A stretch of 59,257 bases of DNA from a bacterium (GTDB lineage: Bacteria > Vulcanimicrobiota > Vulcanimicrobiia > Vulcanimicrobiales > Vulcanimicrobiaceae). Below, in pieces: positions 19,345 to 27,846 of this stretch. How positions within the stretch are numbered: the first letter of the stretch is position 1; each line of letters starts with the position of its first letter. Position numbers and translations under genes: made by a program. The DNA lies in NCBI GenBank assembly GCA_021845615.1, contig JAJZVP010000001.1, positions 1-59,257 on the forward strand, in the 5' to 3' direction. The notes under the pieces were generated by a model, which saw only the letters and a list, made by a program, of their open reading frames with translations, did not search any database and was not told the DNA's origin.

Positions 19345-21173
19345 GAACCGCTCTCCGCGATGGCCTGGCCCTCTTCCAGGTTTTCAGCGCCGGTGACAAC
19401 GACGCGCATGCCCGCTTGCAGGCTGCCGGTAACCCGAGCGGTCGTACCGTCATTCGAAATGACCGTTACCGGGACGCGGTGCGCCGCGCCGTTCACATCG
19501 GTCCAAATGGCGGTGGTGACGCCGCCGACGACGCTCCCCGATGGAACGGCAAACGAGTGGCGCGGCGCGGTGCCCTGCGCATGCAGGATCGCGTGCACGA
19601 ACGCACCGGGTTGATAGCGATCGCCGGGATTCGGCACGATGGCCTCCGCGATCGCGGTGTGCGTGTTCGGATCGAGAACCGGCGAGAGGGACGAAATGCG
19701 GCCGTGCACCACCTTGCCGTCGGCGAACGTAATGTCGATCGGCGTGCCGATCCGTACGCCAGCAATATCTTGTTGCGCGACTTGCGCCTGCACGCGTAAA
19801 CGATTCACAACCGCGACTTGCAGAATCGGTGTGCCCGGCTGCACGTAGACACCCGGATCGATCAGGCGCTTCATCACGATGGAGTCATCGGGTACGATGA
19901 CGTTGGTGTAGCCCGCCATGACGCTTTGCGCTTGCGCGTTTGACGCCGCCTCTGCGGCTAGCGCTCGTGCAGACTGAATGCTCGCGTTTGCGCCCGCGAG
20001 CTGTGCGCGTGCGGCATCGTAGGCCGACTGCGCCGCAGCGGCCTGGGCCCGCTCGTTCTGATACCCTTGAACCGAGACCGCACCTTGATCGAGAAGCGAC
20101 TTCTCCCGCGCGATCTCCGCTTTCCAGTACGCGAGTTGTTGCTGCTTGGCGACGGCAGCGGCTTGCCTCGCCGACGCGTCGTACTTTACTGATGCTTGCC
20201 GATCGAGCGCAGCTTGTGCGGCTGACTGTGCAGCGCGCGCGCTATCCTGCAACTCCGGCTCGCTGAGATGCGCGACGATCTCGCCGGCTCTGAGGCGATC
20301 GCCGGTGTACGTGCGGAAATCGGTCAGCAGCCCGGGCGCGCGGGCAACGATCTCTTGCACGAGATACGGCTGCACGTTCGCGGGCGCGGAGATCGTCATT
20401 CCCGACGAACCGACGGCGACGGTGGCGAGCGTCACCGGTACCGGCGCCGATCCTTGCGCGCCCTGCATCGAGGCCATACCCGCAGAGGGCGAGCTGCTGC
20501 GCGATTGTGCGAAAGCGATGGCGAGCACGGTTAATCCGGCGATGGCCACCAGTGCGATGGTTGCTGGACGCCGATTGCGCAGGACGGCCAGCGCGCCGAT
20601 GAACATGACGACAAGCAGTGCAAAAGTTGCGTTGCGCCAGACGCTCGCATCACCCGCAGACGATGCGTTCATGCCGACCATCGAATCAGATGGCGTCGTC
20701 GGCATACCGCTACGCGGGACCGCGATCGAGCGGTTCGTCATCGCTTCTGCCGGCTTCACTGCCGAGATACGCGCAACCTGACCGACGACCAAAATTGCGT
20801 TGAGTGCACCCGTAACGCCTCCGGAAAACTGTACGCGCAGTCTCCAGTGTGCTGCCGTGCCGAACGGGATCTTAAAGTGCCATTTGTTCGTGCGTCCCGG
20901 AACGCGAGCCGCCGCGCCGCTCGGACCGATCATATTCATCGACGGCATGAGCGTTGTGTATCGCACCGTCGTCCGCGCCAGAGCAGCGGGCGAAACGCCG
21001 GCGATCGTCACGGTCACCAAATTCGTACCGACCTGCGGCGGATCGGGCGACATCACAATCGTCGCATGCGCTGCACCGATCCGAGCGGTCATCGGCATTG
21101 CGAGCGAGTTTGCGGCCAGTAGTGCCAACGCTATTGGCACGAACGCGCATAAAAAAAGGAGCCTTCGGATCAT
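19341..21173 (-). CDS. RND periplasmic adaptor (MFP/HlyD family) with N-terminal YtkA/FixH-like domain
   Basis: The C-terminal ~400 aa have an Ala/Gln-rich coiled-coil hairpin plus a beta-barrel pattern. The N-terminal ~130 aa (SPDPPQVGTNLVTV, LMPSMNMIGP) are paralogous to 14461..14832. Two hydrophobic segments lie between the two parts. Confidence 0.8.
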   Translation of the reverse strand: MIRRLLFLCAFVPIALALLAANSLAMPMTARIGAAHATIVMSPDPPQVGTNLVTVTIAGVSPAALARTTVRYTTLMPSMNMIGPSGAAARVPGRTNKWHFKIPFGTAAHWRLRVQFSGGVTGALNAILVVGQVARISAVKPAEAMTNRSIAVPRSGMPTTPSDSMVGMNASSAGDASVWRNATFALLVVMFIGALAVLRNRRPATIALVAIAGLTVLAIAFAQSRSSSPSAGMASMQGAQGSAPVPVTLATVAVGSSGMTISAPANVQPYLVQEIVARAPGLLTDFRTYTGDRLRAGEIVAHLSEPELQDSARAAQSAAQAALDRQASVKYDASARQAAAVAKQQQLAYWKAEIAREKSLLDQGAVSVQGYQNERAQAAAAQSAYDAARAQLAGANASIQSARALAAEAASNAQAQSVMAGYTNVIVPDDSIVMKRLIDPGVYVQPGTPILQVAVVNRLRVQAQVAQQDIAGVRIGTPIDITFADGKVVHGRISSLSPVLDPNTHTAIAEAIVPNPGDRYQPGAFVHAILHAQGTAPRHSFAVPSGSVVGGVTTAIWTDVNGAAHRVPVTVISNDGTTARVTGSLQAGMRVVVTGAENLEEGQAIAESGS

Positions 21174-22138
21174 GAGATCATCCCCAAGGAGCAGTGAACG
21201 AGCGCGGTCGCAATTGCGGGCACCGCAACCCCGAACGCGACGATGACTGCAAGAGCGGCGACGACGGCATCGCGGCGCCGACGGTCAGGTACGATGTCGC
21301 CTCTCGGCCGCAGCAAGACCTCTAAGCGGCCATACACCGCGTCGCGTTCGGCGAAAGCCGCGACCGGGCGCATTCCCGTGGATGTGGCACCGCGAGCGAC
21401 GCGCAAGAGCGCGGACGCGAGATCGGTGCGCTTCACGTGCGAGAGCGCGCAGTCATCAGCGCAGAACTCGCGCGAGCAACGGTAAACACCGATGAGGCGT
21501 TCGACCTGCAACGGCAGCAAATCGGTCAGGAAATAGAGCCACGGCGTCAAGCGATGATCGCCGCGCTCGATATGCGCGCGCTCGTGAAAGAGTGCCGCGC
21601 GCAGCTCCGGGTCGTCGAACTGCTGCAGCGAAAAGGTTGATGCGTACGCGCCGGGATGAGGGACATTGGCAACCATAATGAGCATTTCACGTTCGTCGCG
21701 CACTTCGAAGAGCGGAATACAGACCTCCGCAGCGATGCGCGCGGCCCGGCCGCGCGCCGGCTCCGCGTTCGCCAGCATCGCGCGCAGGTCGCGTTGCCGC
21801 CTGTGCGCGCGCACGATCGATCTCCCGATCGCCGCAGCGACGAGCGTGGCAAGGAACACGAAGAGCATCTTGCCGGCGGTCAGTTGCAAACAGGGGGAGT
21901 TGGTGCCCTCCGCGATCCCGAGAGCGACGAGTCCCAAAAAGAGCGCGCCGGGTACGCTTGCAGCGAGTGCGGCGAGGCCGGCCTGCCAGTAGCGGTCGTC
22001 GTGCATCGCTTCGATAGAAGGGGTCAGCGCCCGCACCCCCAGCCACGCTAACGGCGGGACGATCAGCGCCGCGCAAAGCGACGTAAACATCGCACCCGAG
22101 GTCAGACATGCGACGAGCAGCGCGGCGATTTGGTTCAC
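21170..22138 (-). CDS. M56 family (BlaR1/MecR1-like) membrane metalloprotease, no recognisable C-terminal sensor domain
   Basis: HExxH motif in FHERAHIERGDH, multiple TM segments, 322 aa. 4-nt overlaps with both neighbours. Confidence 0.75.
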   Translation of the reverse strand: MNQIAALLVACLTSGAMFTSLCAALIVPPLAWLGVRALTPSIEAMHDDRYWQAGLAALAASVPGALFLGLVALGIAEGTNSPCLQLTAGKMLFVFLATLVAAAIGRSIVRAHRRQRDLRAMLANAEPARGRAARIAAEVCIPLFEVRDEREMLIMVANVPHPGAYASTFSLQQFDDPELRAALFHERAHIERGDHRLTPWLYFLTDLLPLQVERLIGVYRCSREFCADDCALSHVKRTDLASALLRVARGATSTGMRPVAAFAERDAVYGRLEVLLRPRGDIVPDRRRRDAVVAALAVIVAFGVAVPAIATALVHCSLGMIS

Positions 22139-22557
22139 CGTTCTCCTCTTTCGCGTTGCTCGGCGAGCAGGCGCTCGAATTCTTGGAGCGACTCGGCGTC
22201 ATGCGCCATCGTCTCGGCTAAACTCGCGATGAGCGGACTGCGATAGTTGCGTAATAGTCCGCTCAGGACACCGCCGACGACGCGCCGGTCGAACTCCTCT
22301 TTCGAGAGCGCGGCGGCGAACGCGTTCGCGCGGCCGATGGAGCGCTTCTTCAAATAGCCCTTCTCGGTTAGCGTATTCAGGGTGGTCTTCGCCGACGAGT
22401 AATGCACGTGTTGGCCCGCGTTCTTCAGCCACTCGGCGACGTCACCGACGGTGATGGGGCGATCCATGGCCCAAACGGCATCCAGGACGAGGCTCTCCAG
22501 CGGTCCTAAAACAGCCGCTGAGCCAGCTTCATCTGGGCGGAATATTCGGGCCTCCAT
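22135..22557 (-). CDS. BlaI/MecI/CopY family transcriptional repressor
   Basis: 140 aa. Winged-helix pattern LGPLESLVLDAVWAMDRPITVGDVAEWL...YSSAKTTLNTLTEKGYL. Confidence 0.85.
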   Translation of the reverse strand: MEARIFRPDEAGSAAVLGPLESLVLDAVWAMDRPITVGDVAEWLKNAGQHVHYSSAKTTLNTLTEKGYLKKRSIGRANAFAAALSKEEFDRRVVGGVLSGLLRNYRSPLIASLAETMAHDAESLQEFERLLAEQRERGER

Positions 22558-22566
22558 ATGCCAAGG

Positions 22567-22595
22567 ACGTTAGCAGGTCTACGGGGAGGCGTCAA
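22567..22595 (-). promoter_or_regulatory. candidate sigma70-type promoter of the blaI operon (TTGACG-17-TAACGT), near-leaderless
   Basis: On the minus strand the -35 is TTGACG (plus 22590-22595) and the -10 is TAACGT (plus 22567-22572). Only 9 nt separate the -10 from the ATG and no SD is visible. Confidence 0.35.
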
Positions 22596-22610
22596 GGGGA
22601 TTCACCGATG

Positions 22611-22776
22611 TTGTAGGAGCAATGCAGAGATGTCCCCTCCTCAGCAAAGCAGAGATGTCCCCTCGACGGCCAACGGGCCTCCGATGGAGTTCATTACGAT
22701 GTCTCAGAGAGAACTTTCCCGCCTTCAGGCCGCCCAGCGTGTCCTCGACCGCTCCATGAGCGTGGCTGAGGCGGCG
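22611..22776 (+). mobile_element. truncated left end of an ISNCY-like IS (IR region plus first ~30 codons of transposase)
   Basis: About 120 nt are identical to 34816..34936 of the full copy, and the first ~45 nt are diverged. Homology stops abruptly after GAGGCGGCG at 22776. Confidence 0.8.
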
Positions 22777-22818
22777 GAATGTGGCAATGGGTTTGAGACC
22801 ACCGGAAGTTGAAAAATA

Positions 22819-23009
22819 CTACGCGGCCTCTGGCCGGTTGATGTAAACGACGGATTGGATCGCGGGCGGCTCCGGTGTACCGTGGACGAAACGTTCGGGA
22901 TGTGCCTTCCACGCGTTGAGCAGAACGGTGCGGCGCGCGCTCGTCCGCTCCTCGACCCGACCGTGATGAACGTCGCTCGGCGTGAGAAGCGCAAGACCGC
23001 TATGCCGTG
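22819..23009 (-). pseudogene. C-terminal fragment of a DDE (rve-type) transposase, cut by the IS3-family insertion at 23010
   Basis: HSGLALLTPSDVHHGRVEERTSARRTVLLNAWKAHPERFVHGTPEPPAIQSVVYINRP is a typical integrase-core C-terminal tail. The N-terminal part is absent from the window. Confidence 0.6.
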
Positions 23010-23063
23010 TGAAGCTGGCCCGGTTCCGTGGATACTTTCCGCTTGGCGGAGAAAGGTCCACCC

Positions 23064-23381
23064 ATGGCCAGAAAACATACCCACCCCTACCCGGCGGACT
23101 TCCGGCAGAAGGTTGTCGAGCTTGCTCGATCGGGTCGCGGCATCCATGACCTCGCAGCGGAGTTCAAGCTCGCGGGGCAGACGATTCGCAACTGGATCAA
23201 GCAAGCCGATTTGAACACCGGGCGCCGCAGCGACGGCTTGACGACCGCCGAGCATGAGGAGCTTGCGAAGCTTCGCAAGGAAAACCGACAGCTCAAGATC
23301 GAGCGCGAAATTCTGGGAAAAGCCGCAGCCTGGTTCGCTCGCGAGACCGATTCGATTCCCCCAAGGTCTTCGAATTCGTGA
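23064..23381 (+). CDS. IS3-family transposase OrfA (HTH)
   Basis: MARKHTHPYPADFRQKVVELARSG...LRKENRQLKIEREILGKAAAWFARE. A -1 frame change near 23358-23366 joins to ...KVFEFVKAHQ of orfB. Confidence 0.8.
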   Translation: MARKHTHPYPADFRQKVVELARSGRGIHDLAAEFKLAGQTIRNWIKQADLNTGRRSDGLTTAEHEELAKLRKENRQLKIEREILGKAAAWFARETDSIPPRSSNS

Positions 23382-24211
23382 AAGCGCACCAGGCCATTTG
23401 GCCCGTAACCACGCAATGCCGCGTTTTGGAAGTCTCGTCCAGCGGTTTCTATGCGTGGCTCAAGCGCGTGCCTTCGAAGCGATGCCAGGCAAATGCCGTG
23501 CTTGGTGATCGTATCGTCGCCTTGCATCGCGCATCGCTCGAAAACTACGGACGCCCGCGCATCCAAGCCGATCTTCGCGATGAGCAGATCTTCGTCAGCG
23601 ATAAGCGGGTGGCGAGATTGATGCGCGAGCGCAACATTCAGGGCGCCAGCCGTCGTAAGGCTTTTAAGACGACGATCCGCGACAAGGAAGCACGACCGGC
23701 GCCCGACTTGGTCAACCGACAATTCACCGCCTCTGCCCCCGATCAGCTCTGGGTTGCAGACATCACCTACGTACCAACATTGACCGGCTTCCTGTTTCTT
23801 GCGATCGTGCTCGACGTATTCAGCCGCCGCGTCGTCGGCTGGGCGATGGCGACACACATGAGAGCTGAGCTCGTCGTCGACGCGCTCGACATGGCCATCC
23901 ACAACCGAAAACCGACGAACGTGATTCACCATTCCGACCAAGGATCGCAATATACGTCAATTGCCTTCAGCAAGCGCTGCGATAGCGCCGGCGTCCATCC
24001 TTCGATGGGTTCGGTTGGCGACTGCTACGACAACGCAATGTGCGAGAGCTTCAATGCGATCCTCGAATGCGAATTGCTCGTCAAGCACCGCTTCGCGACG
24101 CAACGTGCGGCGGCGCTCAAAGTCTTCGAGTTCATCGAGGGCTACTACAATCCACGACGTCGGCATACGGCGATCGGGAACATCTCCCCGATGGAGTTCG
24201 AGCTGACGTAG
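23378..24211 (+). CDS. IS3-family transposase OrfB (DDE), last codons displaced by the nested IS
   Basis: Integrase core pattern (HHSDQGSQYTS, GSVGDCYDNAMCESF). The ORF runs into the inserted element at 24204, and the native C-terminus resumes at 25424. Confidence 0.8.
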   Translation: MKAHQAIWPVTTQCRVLEVSSSGFYAWLKRVPSKRCQANAVLGDRIVALHRASLENYGRPRIQADLRDEQIFVSDKRVARLMRERNIQGASRRKAFKTTIRDKEARPAPDLVNRQFTASAPDQLWVADITYVPTLTGFLFLAIVLDVFSRRVVGWAMATHMRAELVVDALDMAIHNRKPTNVIHHSDQGSQYTSIAFSKRCDSAGVHPSMGSVGDCYDNAMCESFNAILECELLVKHRFATQRAAALKVFEFIEGYYNPRRRHTAIGNISPMEFELT

Positions 24212-24220
24212 CCCCATTTG

Positions 24221-25084
24221 TCAGGCCGCTTCGAATTGTGGCCGAGTGTTTTTCAGTCCTTCGCGATACTGCTGCGCAAATTCTGCTGGCGTAAGGTATT
24301 TTAGCGAGCCATGGGGCCGGTGCGTATTGTATCGAATTCTCCATTCCTCGACGGTCGCTCGGATCTGATCCATGGTTAGAAACCAATGCTCGTTCAGGAC
24401 TTCGTCCCGTAGGCGCCCGTTGAAACTCTCGATCTTCCCGTTCTGCGTCGGCTTCCCGGGATCGATGAAATGCAATTTGACATTTTTTTCGGCGCCCCAC
24501 TTGAGCATCGCTAAACTCGAGAACTCGGGGCCATTGTCGAATTTTACGGTTGCAGGATAGCCCCGTTCCGCAGCAATTTGCTCGAGAACGCGAATGACGC
24601 GGCGCGCAGGCAATGAGGAATCAATTTCGATCGCTATGCTCTCGGCGGTGAAATCATCGATGACGGTCAGGAGGCGAACGTTGCGCCCGTTGGCAAGCGT
24701 GTCATGAACGAAATCCATCGACCAGCGTTCGTTCGGTGCCGTAACGGTGGGGGACGTCGCTCCGCGAACGTATCGAGCGTGGCGTTTTTTGCGTCTACGA
24801 ACCTGCAATTCCGCGGTACGATAGATGCGGTAGAAGCGCTTATGATTCATGGAAATGGCATGGTCGCGTCGAAGGATGAAGTGCAGCTTGCGATACCCGG
24901 ATCGGCGATTCTCTTCGACCAATTGATGGATAAGTGTCAGCAACCGCAAATCAGTGGTTCGCTTGAAACGATACTGTGCTGTCGATCGAGGGCATCCAAT
25001 AAGCGCGCACGCCCGCCGTTCGCTATACCCGCGCTGGTCCTGCAGCTCATGCACCGCTGCGCGGCGGCGGGCAGAGCTTACCAT
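24221..25084 (-). CDS. IS407-like transposase OrfB (DDE)
   Basis: 287 aa integrase-core pattern. Fused to orfA by a -1 frameshift at the A7 run (plus-strand T7 at 25084-25090). Confidence 0.85.
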   Translation of the reverse strand: MVSSARRRAAVHELQDQRGYSERRACALIGCPRSTAQYRFKRTTDLRLLTLIHQLVEENRRSGYRKLHFILRRDHAISMNHKRFYRIYRTAELQVRRRKKRHARYVRGATSPTVTAPNERWSMDFVHDTLANGRNVRLLTVIDDFTAESIAIEIDSSLPARRVIRVLEQIAAERGYPATVKFDNGPEFSSLAMLKWGAEKNVKLHFIDPGKPTQNGKIESFNGRLRDEVLNEHWFLTMDQIRATVEEWRIRYNTHRPHGSLKYLTPAEFAQQYREGLKNTRPQFEAA

Positions 25085-25344
25085 TTTTTTGTACTGAGAT
25101 ATTTCAAAGCGTCGATATCCATCGCTTGGTTTGCGACGATCCGCTTGAGGCGGCTATTTTCTTCCTCAAGCTGCTTTATCCGCATAACGTCGCTCACTTC
25201 GAGGCCGCCATACTTGCCTTTCCAGTTCCGAAGCGTGTTCGGGTGGATGCCGTGCTTTCTGCAGATCTCGGCGGTCATGCCCGTCGCGTCGTGCTCTTTG
25301 AGAATCTCGACGATCTGCGCTTCCGTGAAGCGAGTTTTCTTCAT
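25078..25344 (-). CDS. IS407-like transposase OrfA
   Basis: MKKTRFTEAQIVEILKEHDATGMTAEICRKHGIHPNTLRNWKGKYGG...LKRIVANQAMDIDALK is the classic IS407-group OrfA. Confidence 0.85.
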   Translation of the reverse strand: MKKTRFTEAQIVEILKEHDATGMTAEICRKHGIHPNTLRNWKGKYGGLEVSDVMRIKQLEEENSRLKRIVANQAMDIDALKYLSTKKW

Positions 25345-25494
25345 AGAGGGTCTCCTTAACGAGGCGTTTTGCCTCAGAGACCACAATTTCATTTGGCCCG
25401 AATTTACGGGGCTACGTCAGAGCGGCGCATGAGTCAGGCTGCTTGATGTCTAACCCAAAACCCTCCGCGAAAGCGGGCCAGCTTCACCTTTACT

Positions 25495-25525
25495 CCCCGA
25501 GCCGTCGGCTATTGACGGCTCGGGG
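25495..25525. other. perfect 12-bp stem hairpin (CCCCGAGCCGTC-7 nt-GACGGCTCGGGG) in the remnant DNA after the IS3 right end
   Basis: Read directly. Function unknown, possibly a terminator or an IS-associated structure. Confidence 0.3.
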
Positions 25526-25652
25526 GAGCCCTTTCGCGGTTGGAAAGGGTGAGGGCGTTTTCTTTCTCGCTACCCGGGGGCGTTTACGTTATCGCTAGCA
25601 TCGTGCGTTCTTCTTTTTTAGAGCTAGTTGTTGGACTGCTGCGACGACTCGA

Positions 25653-26294
25653 TCAGTCGTAGCAGCAGTCGTCATCAGAAAACGCTTCCCGGCCTTCCTT
25701 GATTAGGAAGCACAGCACGCCCAGAGAGGCGACGGCATCAATCCACCACCAGCCGAAGACGTATTGGGCCCCGAGGCCAGTGAGCACGATCAACGATAGA
25801 TAGCTACACGCAATTGCCTCGGCGCCATCGGCTTTGAGGGCACGGCTCTCGAGTATGCTGCCAAGGTGCCGCTTACGCCGACCGAGAGCGACCATGAGCG
25901 GAAATGCCACTAGCGTGAGTAAGAAGCCGACGAGCGTGAACGCTTCACCGCTTCGATGGACCAGCGACAGAATCGAAGCAATCAGCACGTATGCGGCCAG
26001 CACGAACAGCAGCGAGCCCGCAACAACCGCGGCGCGCCGTTCCACCGACTCGTCGAAATCGTTACCATCACGGCCTTCAACGTAGAGGCGTCGTGCTACG
26101 ACGGCTGCCGAGATTAGTTCGACGACGCTGTCGAGACCGAAGCCGAGCAGCGACACGCTGTGCGCCTGAATCGCCGAGACGATGGCGATCGCCGCCTCGG
26201 CGATCATCCAGGAAATCGTGAGCCACTGCAGGGCGATCGCAGCCGAAATCAGGCGGTGACGATCAGTCAACATGCTGCCGCGCAATCGGTGCAT
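25653..26294 (-). CDS. short CDF-like cation transporter (transmembrane domain only, COG3965-like)
   Basis: About 210 aa with 5-6 TM segments. SLLGFGLDSVVELISA resembles the CDF TM2 site. The C-terminus ends in DDDCCYD. Confidence 0.55.
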   Translation of the reverse strand: MHRLRGSMLTDRHRLISAAIALQWLTISWMIAEAAIAIVSAIQAHSVSLLGFGLDSVVELISAAVVARRLYVEGRDGNDFDESVERRAAVVAGSLLFVLAAYVLIASILSLVHRSGEAFTLVGFLLTLVAFPLMVALGRRKRHLGSILESRALKADGAEAIACSYLSLIVLTGLGAQYVFGWWWIDAVASLGVLCFLIKEGREAFSDDDCCYD

Positions 26295-27151
26295 TCGATT
26301 TCCACCGTGGCATGTGTTACGTCGAACTCATGATGGAGCAGTTCCTTCGCGCGCGACACAATGTCGGGTGCACCTTCGAGTTGAGCCTTCGCAACCCGCA
26401 GATGCAGGCTTGTCGCAACACCCCCATCCGTAACGCACCACACGTGAACATCATGCACATCTTCGATTGGAAGATTTCTGCGCAAGGAGCTGCGCATCGC
26501 ATCGACATCAAGCCCTTGCGGGACGCCTTCAAGCAGGACGTTGAGCGATTCCCTCAATACATCCCAAGCGGATCGAATGACGAGGATCGCAGCGAGGATG
26601 GATACAGCCGGGTCAATCGCGGCTACCCGGGTGAAAAGTATCGCAATCGCCGCCACCACTACGGCGCCTGAAATGACTGCATCGCCAGCAACGTGCGCAA
26701 TCACTGCGCGGACGTTTAGCGTCGACTCACCGCGCGACAGATACCATCCAAGAGCAACATTCAGAATAATTGACGCTGCGCCAATCGCCATCATAATAGT
26801 TGAATCGACGGCTTCGGGGCGTGAGAAGCGTAGAATTGCCTCATACACGATCACGCCTACAATAAGCAACAAGGCAGTGGCGTTTGCGAGCGCAGCGAGG
26901 ATCGTTGCCCTACCATATCCGTAGGTTCGCTTCTTGTCGGGGCCACGCTTGGCCATGCCGGCCGCCCAAAGAGCCAGCGCCGCTGCGCCAACATCGGTCA
27001 ACATGTGAGCGGCATCAGTGAGCAGCGCTAGGCTGTGTGCAAAAAAACCACCCAGCGCCTCAAATGTGAGAATAAGAAATGTAACGGCGAGCGCTATCCG
27101 CAGTTGCGGAATAGACGAACCCCGGTTGTGACTGTGGTCGTGGGCTTGCAC
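26267..27151 (-). CDS. cation diffusion facilitator (CzcD/ZitB-like) efflux transporter
   Basis: His-rich N-terminus (MQAHDHSHNRGS), LALLTDAAHMLTD (TM2 HxxxD) and IAHVAGDAV (TM5), plus a C-terminal cytoplasmic domain. Confidence 0.85.
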   Translation of the reverse strand: MQAHDHSHNRGSSIPQLRIALAVTFLILTFEALGGFFAHSLALLTDAAHMLTDVGAAALALWAAGMAKRGPDKKRTYGYGRATILAALANATALLLIVGVIVYEAILRFSRPEAVDSTIMMAIGAASIILNVALGWYLSRGESTLNVRAVIAHVAGDAVISGAVVVAAIAILFTRVAAIDPAVSILAAILVIRSAWDVLRESLNVLLEGVPQGLDVDAMRSSLRRNLPIEDVHDVHVWCVTDGGVATSLHLRVAKAQLEGAPDIVSRAKELLHHEFDVTHATVEIECTDCAAAC

Positions 27152-27169
27152 TGGTAGCTACCTACTTTG

Positions 27170-27445
27170 CTATTTCAAGTATGCTCGAACGACATCGATA
27201 AGGTCTTCCGCAAAGGCGGTGCGCGCGGCCGGTTTCACAACGTCAGCCAGCACGTGCTGTCTGATATGGCCTTCAAGAACTTCCGACATCAGGCTGTCCA
27301 TGGCACCGCGCGCTGCCGCGATGCGCTGCAGGATCTCGCTGCACTCTGCTTCCGATTCAAGGCTGCGAAGCACAGAATTGACTTGACCCTGAATCTTCTT
27401 TACGCGGTGCACGAGCTTAACTTTGTCTTGGATTGTGTGGCTCAC
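27170..27445 (-). CDS. CsoR/RcnR/FrmR family metal-sensing repressor
   Basis: 91 aa. RVKKIQGQVNSVLRSLESEAECSEILQRIAAARGAMDSLMSEVLEGHIRQH fits the DUF156 pattern with Cys and His ligand positions. GTG start. Confidence 0.85.
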   Translation of the reverse strand: MSHTIQDKVKLVHRVKKIQGQVNSVLRSLESEAECSEILQRIAAARGAMDSLMSEVLEGHIRQHVLADVVKPAARTAFAEDLIDVVRAYLK

Positions 27446-27472
27446 GCCCTAAGGCTTCGCCTCAGTTCGTAA

Positions 27473-27489
27473 ATACCCTACCGGGGTAT
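27473..27489. promoter_or_regulatory. CsoR-type operator candidate ATACCC-N5-GGGTAT, followed by a second palindrome CCTATAGG
   Basis: Lies 28 nt upstream of the csoR-like start. A GC-rich inverted repeat resembling known TACCC...GGGTA CsoR sites. Confidence 0.5.
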
Positions 27490-27846
27490 CCTATAGGGTG
27501 CAGGACGAGACTGAGCTGGGGTGGTTTGTCACGTTTATCAGGCTATCAGGCCCCCGGAACCCCCGGAGCAACGAATGGCAAAAGCCTTGCCGTCGCTGGC
27601 AAACGCCGCCTTGTCGCGTTTGTCAGGCAAGGGAAACGGACACGCTCATCGGGCGCCAAGCTAAAGCGTGAAGTGCCTGGCCATGACGATCTCCTTGAGC
27701 AGTTCAACGAAGCGAAATTGGCTGACGAAATGGCAGACGGGGACTGCGCTGCCAGGACAAAAGCCGAGGTCGGACCGAGTTTCGGGTAAATTGGCCGACG
27801 CTCTCGCGGAAGCGGGGCCCGGAACGAGGAGCGGCGTAGCTCCGGA

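Larger units (their letters stand above)
24204..25419 (-). mobile_element. IS3-family, IS407-group-like element (1216 bp) nested in the other IS3 element
   Basis: 12-bp perfect terminal IRs TGACGTAGCCCC (24204-24215) and GGGGCTACGTCA (25408-25419). Flanked by 4-bp direct repeats GAGC (24200-24203 and 25420-25423). Confidence 0.85.
23010..25486 (+). mobile_element. IS3-family element (about 1.26 kb) interrupted by a nested IS at 24204..25419
   Basis: Terminal IRs TGAAGCTGGCCCG... at 23010 and its reverse complement ending at 25486 (20/23 by eye, TG...CA ends). orfA/orfB arrangement. Confidence 0.8.

Noticed and set aside
22725-23255. 176-aa minus-strand ORF spanning the transposase fragment and the IS3 left end
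   Set aside because: It crosses the IS boundary at 23010. Only the part below 23010 (in the 22819..23061 frame) shows transposase homology, and the rest is fortuitous.
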